DNA of 46,008 nucleotides from Octopus sinensis (Eukaryota): NCBI RefSeq assembly GCF_006345805.1, contig NW_021834684.1, positions 1 to 46,008 of the forward strand, read 5' to 3'. Shown piece by piece: positions 25,719 to 39,270 of this stretch (position 1 is its first letter; each line of letters starts with the position of its first letter). The notes under the pieces were generated by a model. It saw only the letters and a program-made list of their open reading frames with translations, ran no database searches and was not told where the DNA came from. The position numbers and the translations under genes were made by a program.

Positions 25719-25793
25719 AACCTGGTCCCGGATCATTGTATACCCGGTGGGGCAGAACTACTTGTCCTACTAATTCAAGCCTTGTATATGACG
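25719..25793 (+). CDS. Copy 1 exon 3 (KPGPGSLYTRWGRTTCPTNSSLVYDG), start of the short-chain collagen C4-like domain
   Basis: tttcacag acceptor and G|gttagt donor; 75 nt; YxRWGRxxCP...LVYxG motif typical of this domain. Confidence 0.85.
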
Positions 25794-27494
25794 GTTAGTA
25801 TAAACTATACTTCTATCCTCTCTTTCTCATTTTATCTTTCTCTTCTTCTCTTTTTATTCCTCTCATTTTCTCTTTGTGTCGTCCCTCTCCCTCCCCCTCT
25901 CTCTCACACACACACCCACACACTCAAGCAAATCATTTGATGACATATCACGTTTGAAACGATACCTATAGACCCTATAGAATCTGCACAAGACTGCTTA
26001 CTCCTTTGTAGGTATTTGGTCAAATCAGAATTTTAAATGTTGTCTACTACGGACCAAGTGAAAAGGCGGTTGTCTAACTACAGAATATAGATATCTCTAC
26101 GTTAAATTATAGATAGGGACTACAGTGGAATCCAGTATAGCGACCAAGGACTCCTGGCTGATTTGTATGGATGTAGATATCAAATACCGAGGCTGCTGAC
26201 TGATGATCAAGTGTACTGGCTACGGATGGTGGTATTGTACGTGAGTGACCAGAGCTGAAAAGTGGCTACTTGACTATCATTTGCTAGAGTGTCTATTGAT
26301 TGTCGTTATAGACTAAATTAAACAAGGTCTCTTAGAATTGATGAATGAATGTATATGGTCAATGACATGAACGCTGAATGTACAACGTGGAATGGACAAA
26401 CCACACACTGTAACTAATGGACAAAGCTAACTAAGGGCCGTATTTATTATGCCAAATATGGAGGGACCAAGTACCACTGAGAGAACCCAAGTGAGTACAT
26501 ATTGCACTTCTATTCTTCTCCACCTCACCGAAATCGTCCTATCCCTCAAACCTTTCTGTTTCCATGCGTTACCTCCCCTCATTAATTGTCCAGTATATCT
26601 TTGTAAAGTAACGCCGGCACATCCAATTCAAAGATACTGCTTGCCACATCTTCTCCAACCAACCTCGCATCCTTTGTGAATCTGCTCCCTATAAACCCTA
26701 CACATGTCCTTTATCGGTCGCCCACTCCGCTGTCCATTCTTCTTAAGCACTACGCCATCAATGAGCTTCAAAATTCACCCCACCTCAGTTCATGCTTTGC
26801 ATGAAATAAAATCTGTGTGATCATAATATTATAGTATGTGGTAGGCCCGTCTCGTGGTAGGGCTGACTCGTCCGAGACAAACCGATGGATATAGCCAGCC
26901 ACACACGTATGGTCGGCTAAACAGTATTTCATCCCCTCTTACCCACCAGTTCTCTGCATCTCGCCGTCTCTCGTATTGTTCTACTCAAACCACATGCAAT
27001 TCCCATCACCAACAATTTTCCCGTTCAAACGGGAACGACATCTTTTCCATTTCGGGAAATCACGACCACATGCGTCACAAAATCCCTTTCCTTTCTCCGT
27101 TTATTGACATCCACACACAAACATCTACCCCAAGCAATACACATCACAACAACAAATACTTACCCGTACACACACACACACGCACATACACAAACACACA
27201 GACACACACAAACACACACACACACAAACACACGCAAACACACACACACACATAAAATCACACACACACACACATGAAGAGAACAGAAAGGCACAGCTGC
27301 GAACACATGCGCACTCTCATTCAGCAACACACAGCTTACACTCACATAAGCACTAACATATATACACCACAATTCGTTCACACGTGACTAAACATGACTC
27401 CTTTTAAGGGTCAAACTGTAATGAATGTTTCCGTTATTTCATATATAGTTTTGCTTAATATCTTTTTTACTTGATTTATTCTTACCAATTCTAG

Positions 27495-27994
27495 GTGTGG
27501 CTGGTGGACAATTTTATGACCACTCAGGTGGCGGAAGTAATCTCTTATGTCTACCCAACGACCCCATTTGGGCCAATTATACTTCAAAAGTTGAAGATGT
27601 GGGTTCCATTTATGGTACTGAATATCAATCACACGCATACGACACCAATACCATGTTTTCCTTTGCTAACGCTAAATCACTTAAAGATCACAACGTTCCG
27701 TGCGCTGTCTGTTTGACACGACAACCTGCTGTTGTTATGATGTTACCAGCCAGGACAAAGTGTTACGCTGGTTGGACAGCTGAGTATTCAGGATATTTGA
27801 TGACCGGTTATTTCGGGCAGAAGGGCAGACAAGAATATGTGTGTGTGGACTACGCACCAGAAGCTGATCCAGCAGGTTACAGAAACGAAGATGGAGCTCT
27901 ATTATTTTTCGTTCAGGCTGCTTGTGGTTCATTGCCATGTCCACCGTATGTCAATGGTCAAGAATTATCCTGCGTTGTTTGCAGTAAATATTGA
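27495..27994 (+). CDS. Copy 1 exon 4: short-chain collagen C4-like / spongin-type NC1-related domain
   Basis: ttctag acceptor; open frame GVAGGQFYDHSGGGSNLLCLP...IYGTEY...DHNVPCAVC...GWTAEYSGYLM...CVD...CGSLPCPPY...ELSCVVCSKY*; AATAAA downstream. Confidence 0.9.
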
Positions 27995-28040
27995 ATAGAA
28001 ATTAAATTCGGTTCCATATGAAAATATGTCTGTGAATTAC

Positions 28041-28110
28041 AATAAATAATATAAAATTTCAATTGTTTTACCTAATATTTTCTTTAAAGTATGTCTATCG
28101 TTACAATAAA
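28041..28110 (+). terminator. Candidate polyadenylation signals (AATAAA at 28041 and 28105)
   Basis: About 50 and 110 nt after the stop codon; the second is conserved after copy 2. Confidence 0.55.
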
Positions 28111-29487
28111 CTGTTGTACTAGTTTACAGAAGATATTCAAACAATACAAAAGAGGCGACGTAGAATGCCAGAAATATCCTCAAAAACAAGAAAAATCTAA
28201 ATCTGTCGGAATGATTCTAGAAAACATTTTGTAAGATTTCAGTTTATCAAACTTATCGTTGAAATAAAATGTTATTTCGTTGAACAGTATTTTGTCTTCT
28301 GTCTCATGATTCAACAAAACCCCAAATAAAGTACCACCATAGAATTATATCAGCTTTTCATGCACAGCCTTACAAAATCTAATCCTCGACGCTACTATCT
28401 CAGACATCTTGGGTTCAAATTACAACTCGGATTCTGACGAGGAGCCATGAACCGCTACATTACTTAGCACAGAACTTAACTGATTCTTTCAACAACAACC
28501 AGATACTTCCACACAATCCATTCTATTTGCCGTTATTAATCAGGAAAGCTTTCCGATCCATTCCTACCCCATATCTTATAAAACCTATTTATCGTCTACT
28601 TTAGAAATATCACAAAATGTTCAATTTAAGCTTTCTTAGCATGTGGAATTTACACGATCAATCCCTCAAAACACAGTATAAATGAGTATTGGTCCTGCCA
28701 ACCTAAATCTAATTTAAAATAAGATACAAAACGAAACTCGATGCCCACAACATACACGTCATACACTAAATGCTGATATACAAGAATAAGAAATGAAATC
28801 AACCAGAAAATTTGCCTCATTTCAATAGCAGAGAACATCAAATACGACGATTTCTTTCACTCATCTACGTAAACATACCAGAACCGAAGAAAGGATGGAT
28901 CCTAGAAGCTGAATACATATCATGCGAAACGAATACAACACCCATAAAAGCGAGAGTAAAGAGAGAAGATATAGTCAGGGCAAGCACGGATGCTGTGTGT
29001 AAGAAGGCTGAGATGTTGTGACCGTCACGTTATATCCAATAGGATTCATGACAGTATGTTGGAGTGTGTCGAATATTTGTTAGATAAACGAAGGTTTCGG
29101 TTAACAGCATCCAGCTGCAATAAAGATTAAAGATTATTAATGTTTACTATCCCACTATTATTAGTCTGATGGGTAAATCTGCATCCGCTTCTCTAAATTC
29201 TCTAGATATTTTCCTGGTTGTAAATCGTAAACAATTGCAGAGAATACGGATGCTGGTAGATCTTCAAATTCATCTTTTGATTCAGCGGCATAATTAGACA
29301 ATTAAAACGACCGCCAGGTGTTTAAGCTGTACAGAGCATGCGCAGCTGCATAGGCAACCCGCCATTACAATAGGAAAATTATGGGACTTTGTTGAAATCT
29401 GACATGGCTGTAAGATTTATTTTGTAGCTTATTTCAAATTAACCTTATTTCGAGGGCCAAACCGAGAGTGTTACACAAACAAACACA

Positions 29488-29564
<77 letters not shown>

Positions 29565-30134
29565 TACACACACACAACACACACACATATATATATTAAA
29601 TTAGGTCAAACTATATCTGAGGGGTCTAATATGCTTCATCTAAGAAAATTTAATCATAACTATGGAATTCCGTCGTACATATGCAGTCCATACGGAAGGT
29701 GCACTTGCGAATTGAGTTTCGAATGGGAGACACTGTACCTGTATGTTTTGCTATGATTTATAAAACAAGAAGAAAAATATTCAAAGCTAGTGATAATGAC
29801 TAGCTAAAAATATGTATGAATGTCATTATTCGGTTTTAATAGAATATTTCTGGCCAACAGAAAGAGAGACGGCTTCTAACTTAGTTCCAAGTATCTTTCA
29901 TTGGAATTTCAACAACATGAACAGGATATTTTTGTATGTATGTATGTATGTATGTATGTATGTATGTTGTGTATGTATGTATGTATGTATGTATGCATGC
30001 ATGGATGCATGTATGTTATGCATGCATGTATGTATGAATATATGTATGCATGCATGAATGTATGCATGTATGTTATGTATGCATGTATGTATGTATGTAT
30101 GTATGCATGTATGTATGTATGATGCATGTATGTA

Positions 30135-30690
30135 TGTCAGGTCACTTTCGAGTGCTACTGGTAACATGTAACCCAGTACAAACTGTTGCATTGTCGGGTC
30201 GTCGACGACTAAACCGGCAACCCCACCAAGCTTGCTTGGTGAGGAGGGAGTTTATTGGACACCCTGGGTGGATGAAAAACAAAACCCGTCAAAGAGCGGA
30301 GGAACTCTTGAGAGTCAACGGCCATCCAATATATGTCTTAAGACTGTATCATGCGCGGGGACATAGAAATAATCGGACTGAATACCCGATCGCGCGGTTA
30401 AACCGTTGGGAGTGAAGGACTCCTAGACTTTGTTAGGGCATCCTTTTTGAGAAGTTAACTCAGGTAACTGGGATAACTCCGATATAAAAACTGCGGCTCA
30501 GTGGTTACCGATGATGTTGACGTGTTCTACTTTTCGGATTATGGCTGCTGTTGCTAAGTGACTGGGATTAACGCAGTGCACCCTTTCCTCGCTATAAAAA
30601 ATAAATCTTCATGCACAGGCATTGCAAGATAACAACATTGATTAAGCTTCGTGCAATGCCCATACTTGATAACGAGGGGGCAGCCACCAA
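30135..30690 (+). mobile_element. Probable LINE 5' UTR-like repeat between (ATGT)n tracts; paralogue at ~43895-44453
   Basis: GC-richer island bounded by microsatellites; the family cannot be assigned from sequence alone. Confidence 0.35.
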
Positions 30691-31361
30691 GTATGTATGT
30701 ATGCATGTATGTATGGATGTAAGTATGTATGTATGTATGTGTATATGTATGTATGTGTATATGTGTCTATCGATATATACATGCTTACATTCAAACATAC
30801 ATGCATGTATACATGTATACATACATATTTGTATGTATAAATATATGCATACATGTATGTATGTATGAAAGTATGTATGTATGTATGTATGTATGTGTGT
30901 GTATGTATGTATGTTTGTATGTATGTATATATATGTGTGTGTATGTAAGTATATATGTATGTCTGGGGGTATGTATGTATGTATATGTGTATGTATATAC
31001 GTGAATGTGTATGTATGCATGCATGTATGTATGTATGTATGTATGTATGTATGTATGTATGTATGTATATATGTAAGTATGTGTGTATGTATGTGTGTAT
31101 GTATGTATGTGTGTATGTATGTGTGTGTGTATGTATGTATGTATGTATGTATATATGTATGTATGTGTGTATGTGTGTGTGTATGTATGTATGGGTGGGT
31201 GGGAATTGGTAGGTTTTGATTTTGATATTTACATAAAACTTTTCTAATCCGATTAACGCTTGTTGTGAAGAATCCAATCCGAACAGCGGACTTCATTAGA
31301 TTAAGTCTTGCGATTACTGTGTGGGTTGAACGAAATACTTCCCACTCTGAATATTAAAACA

Positions 31362-31810
31362 GTGTGTGAGTGTGAGTGAGTGTGTGTGTGTGTGTGTTGT
31401 GTGTGTGAGTGTGTGTGTGTGTCAGTGTATGTGTGTGTGTGGGAATGTGTATGTGTGTGTCAGTGTGTGTGTGTATGTCAGTGTATGTGTGTGTGTGTGT
31501 GTCAGTGTGGGTGCGTGTCTGTGTCAGCGTGTGTGTGTGTGTGTAAGACATTGTATCTGTGTGTCTGTGTCATTGTGTGTGTCAGTGTGTGTTGGTGTGT
31601 GTGGGTGTGTGTGTTGGTGTGTGTGGGTGTGTGTGTTGGTGTGTGTATGTATGTCAGTGTGTGTGTGTGTTAGTGTGTGTGCGTGTGTGTATCTGTGTGT
31701 CAGTGTGGGCTTCTGTGTGTGTTGGTGTCTGTGTCAGTGTGTGCTTGTGTGTGTGTGTGTCAGTGTATGTGTGTCAGTGTGTGTGTGTGGGTGTGTGTGT
31801 GTGTCTGTGT
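31362..31810. repeat. (GT)n-derived repeat with gtcagt variants
   Basis: Directly visible; expanded relative to the paralogous tracts at 2015-2140 and 45125-45210. Confidence 0.9.
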
Positions 31811-32229
31811 ATTTGTTGGTTGAACGAAATACTTCCCACACTGAATATTAAAACAGTTTCCCAAGAATAAACAAATAAAATTAAATAACAACATTAGTAA
31901 ATAAATATATCATAATATATCCAGAAACAGGAATCATTTCACTTTACACGTGTCTCTCATTCATCAAAATATATTGCTAATTATTGCGTGACAATATCAA
32001 ACCATCTCTTTCCAATAATTAACCTGTCAGATAAGTTCACACCCGCTTTTACAGTTCCACCAATCGCATTGGTTCATAAATTTACGATAAGATCTATGCC
32101 AGAGCTGGGTTGTTGTGCGCTCAATAAATACGTGGAATTCAGTTACAGGTCTTCAGCTTAAAACCTCGCATCTCGATCTTTTGTTGAAGCCACACGAAGT
32201 ATCACGTACGACCGACAACTGTCACCAGA

Positions 32230-32373
32230 ATGGATTTCGCACAACTGTCCAGGAATATTTCGCAGCGTTATTCCATTTCTTCTCTCATAGCTTTTGGGGT
32301 TCTTCTCGTTCTGACGATCGTGATTCTTCATCAAGATTCAAGAATAGGAAAAATGGAAGAGAAATCAAAAACG
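32230..32373 (+). CDS. Copy 2 exon 1 (MDFAQLSRNISQRYSISSLIAFGVLLVLTIVILHQDSRIGKMEEKSKT)
   Basis: 48 intact codons, hydrophobic stretch at about residues 16-33, ACG|GTAAGT donor. Confidence 0.8.
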
Positions 32374-32786
32374 GTAAGTCATGGATTTTGTGTTAATATA
32401 TGTATATCTTTATGTATTTATATATGCATGTATGTATGTATACATTTACGTATGTATGTATTAATATGTGGATGTATGTACGTACCGATGGATGGATGGA
32501 TGTAAGGATGTATGCATGAATCACGTACATATGTTCCTATGGAGCACACACACACACACATAAGATCACACACGTAATCACACACGAACACACAGGCGCA
32601 CACACCTAAATATACATATATATACATATACGTATATTTGTATATATAATATACATAAATATGAATATATTAGTGCGTGAACATATATAGATATATATAT
32701 ACAAACAAATATATGCGTGTGTGTATCTATCACTGTATCTCTCTGTCCATCTCTCTTCTCTCTCTCTATTTATCTATATGTATATA

Positions 32787-32832
<46 letters not shown>

Positions 32833-32857
32833 GTATATAAATATATTCTGTTAACCG

Positions 32858-33050
32858 TTTCAGTCATTTGACTGCGGCCATGCTAGAGCACTGCGTTTAG
32901 TAGGACAAGTCGACTTCAGGAATTATTCTTTGTAAACCTATTGCTCATTCTATCGGTATCTCTAGGCGAACCGCTATGTAACGGGGATGTAAACACACCG
33001 ACATCAGTTTAGAATCGATAGTGGTGCGACAATAACAGACACTAACATAA
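32858..33050 (-). mobile_element. SINE 3' fragment
   Basis: gtttcagtcatttgactgcggccatgctagagcac matches ~2202-2236. Confidence 0.75.
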
Positions 33051-33222
33051 AACATAGATACATACAAACTATGTGTGCTATACACACACACACACACCAC
33101 AACACATACATCTATATATATATATATAATATCATATATAACAACACCATATATAGTTACGTATGTGATACATACATATCTATCTATCAATCTATTTATC
33201 TACATATCTATCATATATCTCT

Positions 33223-33262
<40 letters not shown>

Positions 33263-33282
33263 CTCTCTCTCTCTCTCTCTCT

Positions 33283-33349
<67 letters not shown>

Positions 33350-34075
33350 TACACATCCTAAGTAAACACAAAGAAGAGTGGAATTGTACTTCTGTCCGAT
33401 CGCTCTTTCACCAGACAAATCCTGGAGAGGGAAATAAGTGCGTAATGAAAAAAATCTAATGGGTGGGTTCCAGCATGGCCATGCCCTGTCGCTGCAACGT
33501 TTAGCCCTATTAATATTAGTGTTAATTATTATATCAAGATGTACACTTACACACACGCCACAGAAAACGGACACACTACAAACACACACACACGCACACA
33601 TAGGAATACGTACATATTTACACATTTATCTATTCTCTCCATCAGGAACGGAAGTGAGGCGAGTTTTTTTGAATCTTTCTTTCCAACTGAAAATAAAACG
33701 TGCGAGTGCCAATGTAGATCGGTGAATTTCGTAATGTTTGACTGTAATTCACGTTGGTTTTTATATATGACAATATGTAAGAACGAATGTAAATACATAC
33801 ACACAGACACACGGACAAACACACGCACAAATAAACACAAACACACACACATACGCACGCACACAGACACACGTGCTCTATTGTACACGAACAATCACAC
33901 TATACAGTGTATGTCCACTCACATATATGTGTGCGTTTGTGTGTGTGTGTGCGTATAAGTAGATACGTTTTTTTGTGATATTTATGGTGTGTATGCTTAA
34001 GTATACGTGCATACGTATATATCGATATGTATTTATATTTTTATATGTTTATGTGTTATGTGTGTGCTTGCGTGT

Positions 34076-34380
34076 GGAGGCGCAGTGGTCCAGTGGTTAG
34101 GGCAACGGAGTCACGGTTGTAGGATCGCGGTTTCGGTTCCCAGACCGGGCGTTGCGAGTGTTTATTGAGCGAAAACACCTAAAGCTCCACGACGCTCCGG
34201 CGGGGTTGTGGTGAGCTCTGCTGTACTCTTTCGCTACAACTTTTTTCCCTTTCTTCTGTTGGCCTGCTCGCTTAACCCGCGGTGGGTGGCGTTATTTGAA
34301 GCCTAAAAGAATGCGAAGCGCATTGTGACCAGCGATGTGTAGTTACAACTGATAGCCTGGTCGGTCACGGTGATCACGGA
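34076..34380 (+). mobile_element. Second tRNA-derived SINE family
   Basis: ggaggcgcagtggtccagtggttaggg...ggtttcggttccc head with A/B-box-like motifs, ending in a microsatellite. Confidence 0.7.
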
Positions 34381-34399
34381 TATATATAATATGTATCAT

Positions 34400-34849
34400 A
34401 TGCACACAAAACACGCACACACACATACCCACGTACATACACACACACCAGCACAGATGCCCAATGTACCTCCAACACACAATACACATACGCACACAAT
34501 TATACACACATGGGCACAGACACACACGCACATACACGCACTTAAGCGCACAGAACTCCAAAAACCCCCACACACACACACGCATGCACAAATTCACATC
34601 CACACAATACATATACATACACACAATATATGCCTGCAACGCCCACACACATACACATACGTATACAATATAGACACAGACACACACACACGCACGCAAA
34701 ATCATGCGCACACATATGCACGCACACACGCACACGAATGCACACACCAAAACTCACAACACTGCGGATACACGTATATACACCTATACACGCTACATAA
34801 ACACATACAAACGCACACGTACACGCACATAAGACACACGCTCGCACAT

Positions 34850-34880
<31 letters not shown>

Positions 34881-35290
34881 AATGAATCCACACATAATCC
34901 ATACACACGCACACAATTATACATAGAAGCACACACGCACACATGCACTAAGTAAAGGAGAGTTATTCGCCACACACACCCAAACTCTACGCATACACAC
35001 ACGAAGACACACTACATACACACAACACTACAAACAAACCACACACACGATACATATACATACACGCACACACACACAAACTTCACACTAGCGGTACCTA
35101 CTACTTGACCTGTGGTAGAGACAAAAAAGGAGCACGCCAAATCCTTCTTCCTTGACCTTAACACTACTAACCCTACAACACGCAACCACACACAGACACA
35201 CGTGTAATCATTGCACACATACACACAGACACACACACGCACACGCAGACCTCCGCATACGCTCTTATCCACACTTACACACACATTCCT
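34400..35290. repeat. Degenerate (CA)n-rich low-complexity tract
   Basis: Directly visible. Confidence 0.85.
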
Positions 35291-35560
35291 CCTCCTCTAC
35301 CACTCTCCTGTCTTTGAAAGAACTTTTATTCACCCATTTCTTTCCGGTCATTCAAAATGTGACGCGTATGTACCGATTTTTTCCCTCTGTCTTCCCTCCT
35401 CTGGATCTTTCCTTCTCGTATGTTTCCGACGAAGAGCTTCGCTCGGAACGTTAAAACCTCCTTCTTTCCTTTTTCCTGAGCGTCCAATAATACTATCTTA
35501 TTTCCACGTCCTCGCATTGTTGTGTTTTTTGTGTGCTTTCTTGTTTGGATTAAATTTAAC
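35290..35560 (+). mobile_element. Penelope 3' terminal fragment with degenerate hammerhead
   Basis: Homologous to the reverse complement of 4148-4268; ends ...tttggattaa followed by (TA)n. Confidence 0.7.
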
Positions 35561-35571
35561 TATATATATAC

Positions 35572-35618
<47 letters not shown>

Positions 35619-35674
35619 GTGTTGTGTATGTGGTGTGGTGTGTTGAGTGTGTGTGGTGTGTCTGTGTGTGTTTG

Positions 35675-36280
35675 TAATTGCAGACATACCCGACATTGCT
35701 GGGGATTAAAATGGCAAGTTGGTAATAATATATTCCAGTCATTTTGAAACAGGTGATATGGGAAAGTGCAACATTTACAACAAAAATTTGTAGAGTAAAT
35801 GCTGGGCTAATTCGACTAAGCAACATGCTATGCGTCCGTTGGAGTGTTTCAGGCCCTAACCTGTCATGCAAAATTTGAGCTGGGGTTTGTGTGATTTTTG
35901 AACGCACCGTAAAGCTGTCAGTGGATATACTCTCCTTTGAAGCAGTGTGCGCTGTGTCTAACACGACCCATCATCGGAAATTTTGACACCTCATCACGTC
36001 GGGTTTGTTGTCATACATCACTCATAGAGCAAATTTGGAGGAACTGTGGTTGTTCATTCGCGGGTACCAGGGAACAATGGGGATTGACATGCCCTTGAAC
36101 TTTGACGTCGGCGTCGTAATTCATGTTTATCTATGTTCTTAGATTCACTAAACGATGTCATTTGAAATGCATATTTGTATTGTCTGATATTGTTCAGAAA
36201 ATCCTTTGACTGGATTGAAGCACCTTCTAGAAGATTCCTAAAGGGTTGAGATGGTATTGCCGGCAATGATACCTGTCCGA
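35675..36280 (-). mobile_element. Non-autonomous Helitron relic retaining a degenerate 3' hairpin end
   Basis: FLNNIRQYKYAFQMTSF; the minus strand ends cccagcaatgtcgggtatgtctgcaat, resembling the 22065-22094 terminus. Confidence 0.7.
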
Positions 36281-36373
36281 ATATGTTGTCATCTATTGCA
36301 TGTTTTTAAGTTCTAAACGATAATAAATTCCCTGAAGTTCTATTTATATGATACTATTTCTATTTTTTCACAG

Positions 36374-36425
36374 AACCGTTTCATCTCCAAGAAATCTCTC
36401 GACGATAAACCCGATGACACACCAA
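36374..36425 (+). CDS. Copy 2 exon 2 (2a type)
   Basis: cacag acceptor and gtaag donor; 52 nt; NRFISKKSLDDKPDDTP. Confidence 0.75.
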
Positions 36426-36599
36426 GTAAGAAATAATTTCACCAACTTTGAATTAGTTCCACATTACTATCCATATGTCCACAATAATATATACTAAGAC
36501 ACTTACCTGAATTTCTTCGAAATATGTTCTACTTTACAATAATTTCCTAAATAAAATGTTATTCATTATACTATGGCATTTATTGTGTATATTAGAGTA

Positions 36600-38800
36600 T
36601 ATCTGCAGTGCTACGTCGAGAATTGTTTCTGCACGCACGGTGCCCCCGAGTGTGCTCTTCGCCGAGTGTCCGAGGCGGCCGGTACGTTCACTGTGAAAAA
36701 ATTGGAGTGCTCAGAGCGAGCCACGCCGGCTTGCATACGAAAAGCATGGAATGCCCTCTTCATTTGAGAATCAAATGCCCGAGCTGGCGCTTCACTGCGT
36801 TTATATCTACAACTCAGCATTCTGTCCACTCTTGTGCTTCTAATCATTCGTGAATAGAGACACGAAATAATGATGTTCCACTTTCCTACACACTGCATAT
36901 TTGTCAATCCTACCTTGGGTTACACGGCAGCTAACCCATTCAATGCAGGTTGTTGGTGACCATCAGACGAATCAGGCAGCAGCATGTCGTCCACAAATAC
37001 CAGTCGACCGATCACGTAGAGACGAATTGGGATACCTCTACCACAATGGCTGCGCATATTCAACCAGATCACAAAAAGAATGTGAGAGAAGAGCGCTAAC
37101 AATGCACACTTCAACTAAGGGAAACCTTCACGTTGAAATTTTCGACATTTACATAAATACAATCATTTGAACATCCATATAATTATTTTATGGCGACAAA
37201 TATTTGCCCAATAAACTCACCTTCATGGTAAACCATCCACAACATGCCCCAGGGCACGTGATCGTGTGCCTTTTCGTGGTTATTTACAGCGTATTCCTAC
37301 TGGAAATGCTTCACTGTTTGCTGGAAGATCTGTCTTTTGAACGACTCTCTTGTCGGATGTACTGCGTCCCGGACACGACAATTCCCTACATAACTTTCCT
37401 GACATCTAGTGTAGACTTTTCTATAATTAGAACACTCTTTGTCTCCGTTTGAAAAAATTGTGATTGTTGATTGTCTCCCCATATTACCATTGCCTTGGTG
37501 TTTTTTCGAGAGGTCCCATCCACCTAGCATGCATGGGTCACTCAGAGAATACCATCTGTATTTAAGTTTTCTAAACTATCAAGCCGACCGTGCTTTTCAC
37601 CAGCAGTTTTACCACTTTTAATTGAATTGAGCTCAAATAAGCGTTCAAACCGAAGAAGAACCTGCCGAAAATATTATACAATCAGGAATCCATTTCGATG
37701 TCCAAGTTCATTCAGGAGGTCACTCTAAATTTGGATGCAAAAGTCTCACTGCGGCTTCCAACTGTATTCTGTAGGTCGCACTGGACTTACCAATTTCCAA
37801 TGTTCGGCAGACTGCAGGAATTTTCAGGTTTTTAGACATTTAGGTAGTGACGAATTGACAACTCCACCCCTTCCTGTTACCCGTACGTTCAACAAAGAAT
37901 GATAGATGACCGAACTCTATCAGAAACCTCTGTCACGAAGTATTTCTATACCAGGCACCCTTATAAATATCCCTGTCTTAAAATAATATCTATACCATGG
38001 AGAGGAGAGTGTGTATCCTGCACAGAAGGCTGCTATGACCTCTCCATTAAGTTCACTGACGACATTCCTTCCACGGTTATCAGTGCCAAGGTGTGGACTG
38101 AAGTCTCCTTGCTGGACAAATGACTTTACCCCAAATATATCTGAAGCTGAGGTGAATTTGCTTAGGAAGGATTTGTATTTGACCTCGCTGTTTGCTGCAT
38201 ATACTTACAGTACGAAAAGGGTTCCAAGGAATAGCCATACCCCGTCATCCATCGAGAGGGATCAGAGCAGTTACCTCCGGGTCATGAGTGGAGGTGTCGA
38301 TTCGGGAAATATATATCAGTCTCCACCAAACTTAATCTGTGATGCATTGGAAGGGAATACATAATATGCGTGTTCCAGGACCCCGAAGCAGTTCCGGAAG
38401 GGATCAACAGTTCATAATTGAGAATTAGACTGTCAAAACCGGACGAGACAAAACTCTGCCTGTTATATATAATCGGTGTCTCCTCAAGAAAGCTTCGTTA
38501 CTTCGGAGGCGTACACTTGGAAGTAGGTTGGAAACTCCACCGTGCAGGTGTGGTGCCAACTATGTCAGCACAGGCGGAAGTGGGATGCAGCTTTGGATAT
38601 ATTTGGGGTAAAGTCATTTGTCTTACAAGGAGACTTCCGTGCACACTTTCGCGCTGATAACCGCAAGAAGTATTGATTGGGTGGAATGGCGTCACACACC
38701 TTAATGGGGTGGCCATACTAGTCTTCTGGCAGGAGGAAACGACTCTCTTCGCGCCCAAACACCCAAGCTGATATTTGTAATTGACCAATCAGGTGCCAAG
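36600..38800 (-). mobile_element. Degenerate CR1/L2-like relic in copy 2 intron 2, containing an internal inversion
   Basis: A-type sequence up to ~38211, then an inverted B-type segment at ~38212-38750. Confidence 0.5.
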
Positions 38801-39196
38801 AATTGATAATATGGCCAACATATCTATAAAAGAGAACTTTATCATTTTTTGGTCACAAATATATATATGTACTCACATCCAAGTTCAACTACAAAACAAA
38901 ACATCTGTTCTTAAGGAGACAAATAAACATTCTGATTATTCTGAGATTAATCTCTCAATTCGTTGACATCAACGTCAACAACAGGCTCAATAGACAAATG
39001 ACTAATTTTCTTCGTTTAAAATTTATTCTTAGCGAATCATTTACTTCTTCATTCTGATTTCATTCATTCACCAATTTTTGTCTTAAATTCTAAATTCTCT
39101 CCTCTCTATCAATTCCTTCTAAGCCAACAACTTCCTTTGTATAGGATTCAAGAATTCTTTGTTTTATACTTAATTGTTTCATTTTAAATTTCACAG

Positions 39197-39270
39197 AACC
39201 TGGTCCCGGATCATTGTATATCCGGTGGGGCAGAACAACTGTCCTCCTTATTCAAACCTTGTATATGACG
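39197..39270 (+). CDS. Copy 2 exon 3 (1-nt deletion near TTCP)
   Basis: Homologous to 25719-25793 with splice sites intact; 74 nt instead of 75. Confidence 0.7.

Larger units (their letters stand above)
25260..32600 (+). repeat. Tandem segmental duplication unit, paralogous to ~38750-46008 (period ~13.4-13.7 kb)
   Basis: Collinear intron 2 end, exon 3, intron 3, exon 4, 3' flank, intergenic region and next exon 1. Confidence 0.9.

Noticed and set aside
26449-27255. ORFs 'conserved' with 39909-40538
   Set aside because: The similarity is explained by recent segmental duplication of intron 3; no recognisable motifs.
28434-28470. CTGACGA as a hammerhead core
   Set aside because: No GAAA after the putative stem II; the paralogue reads ctgacaa.
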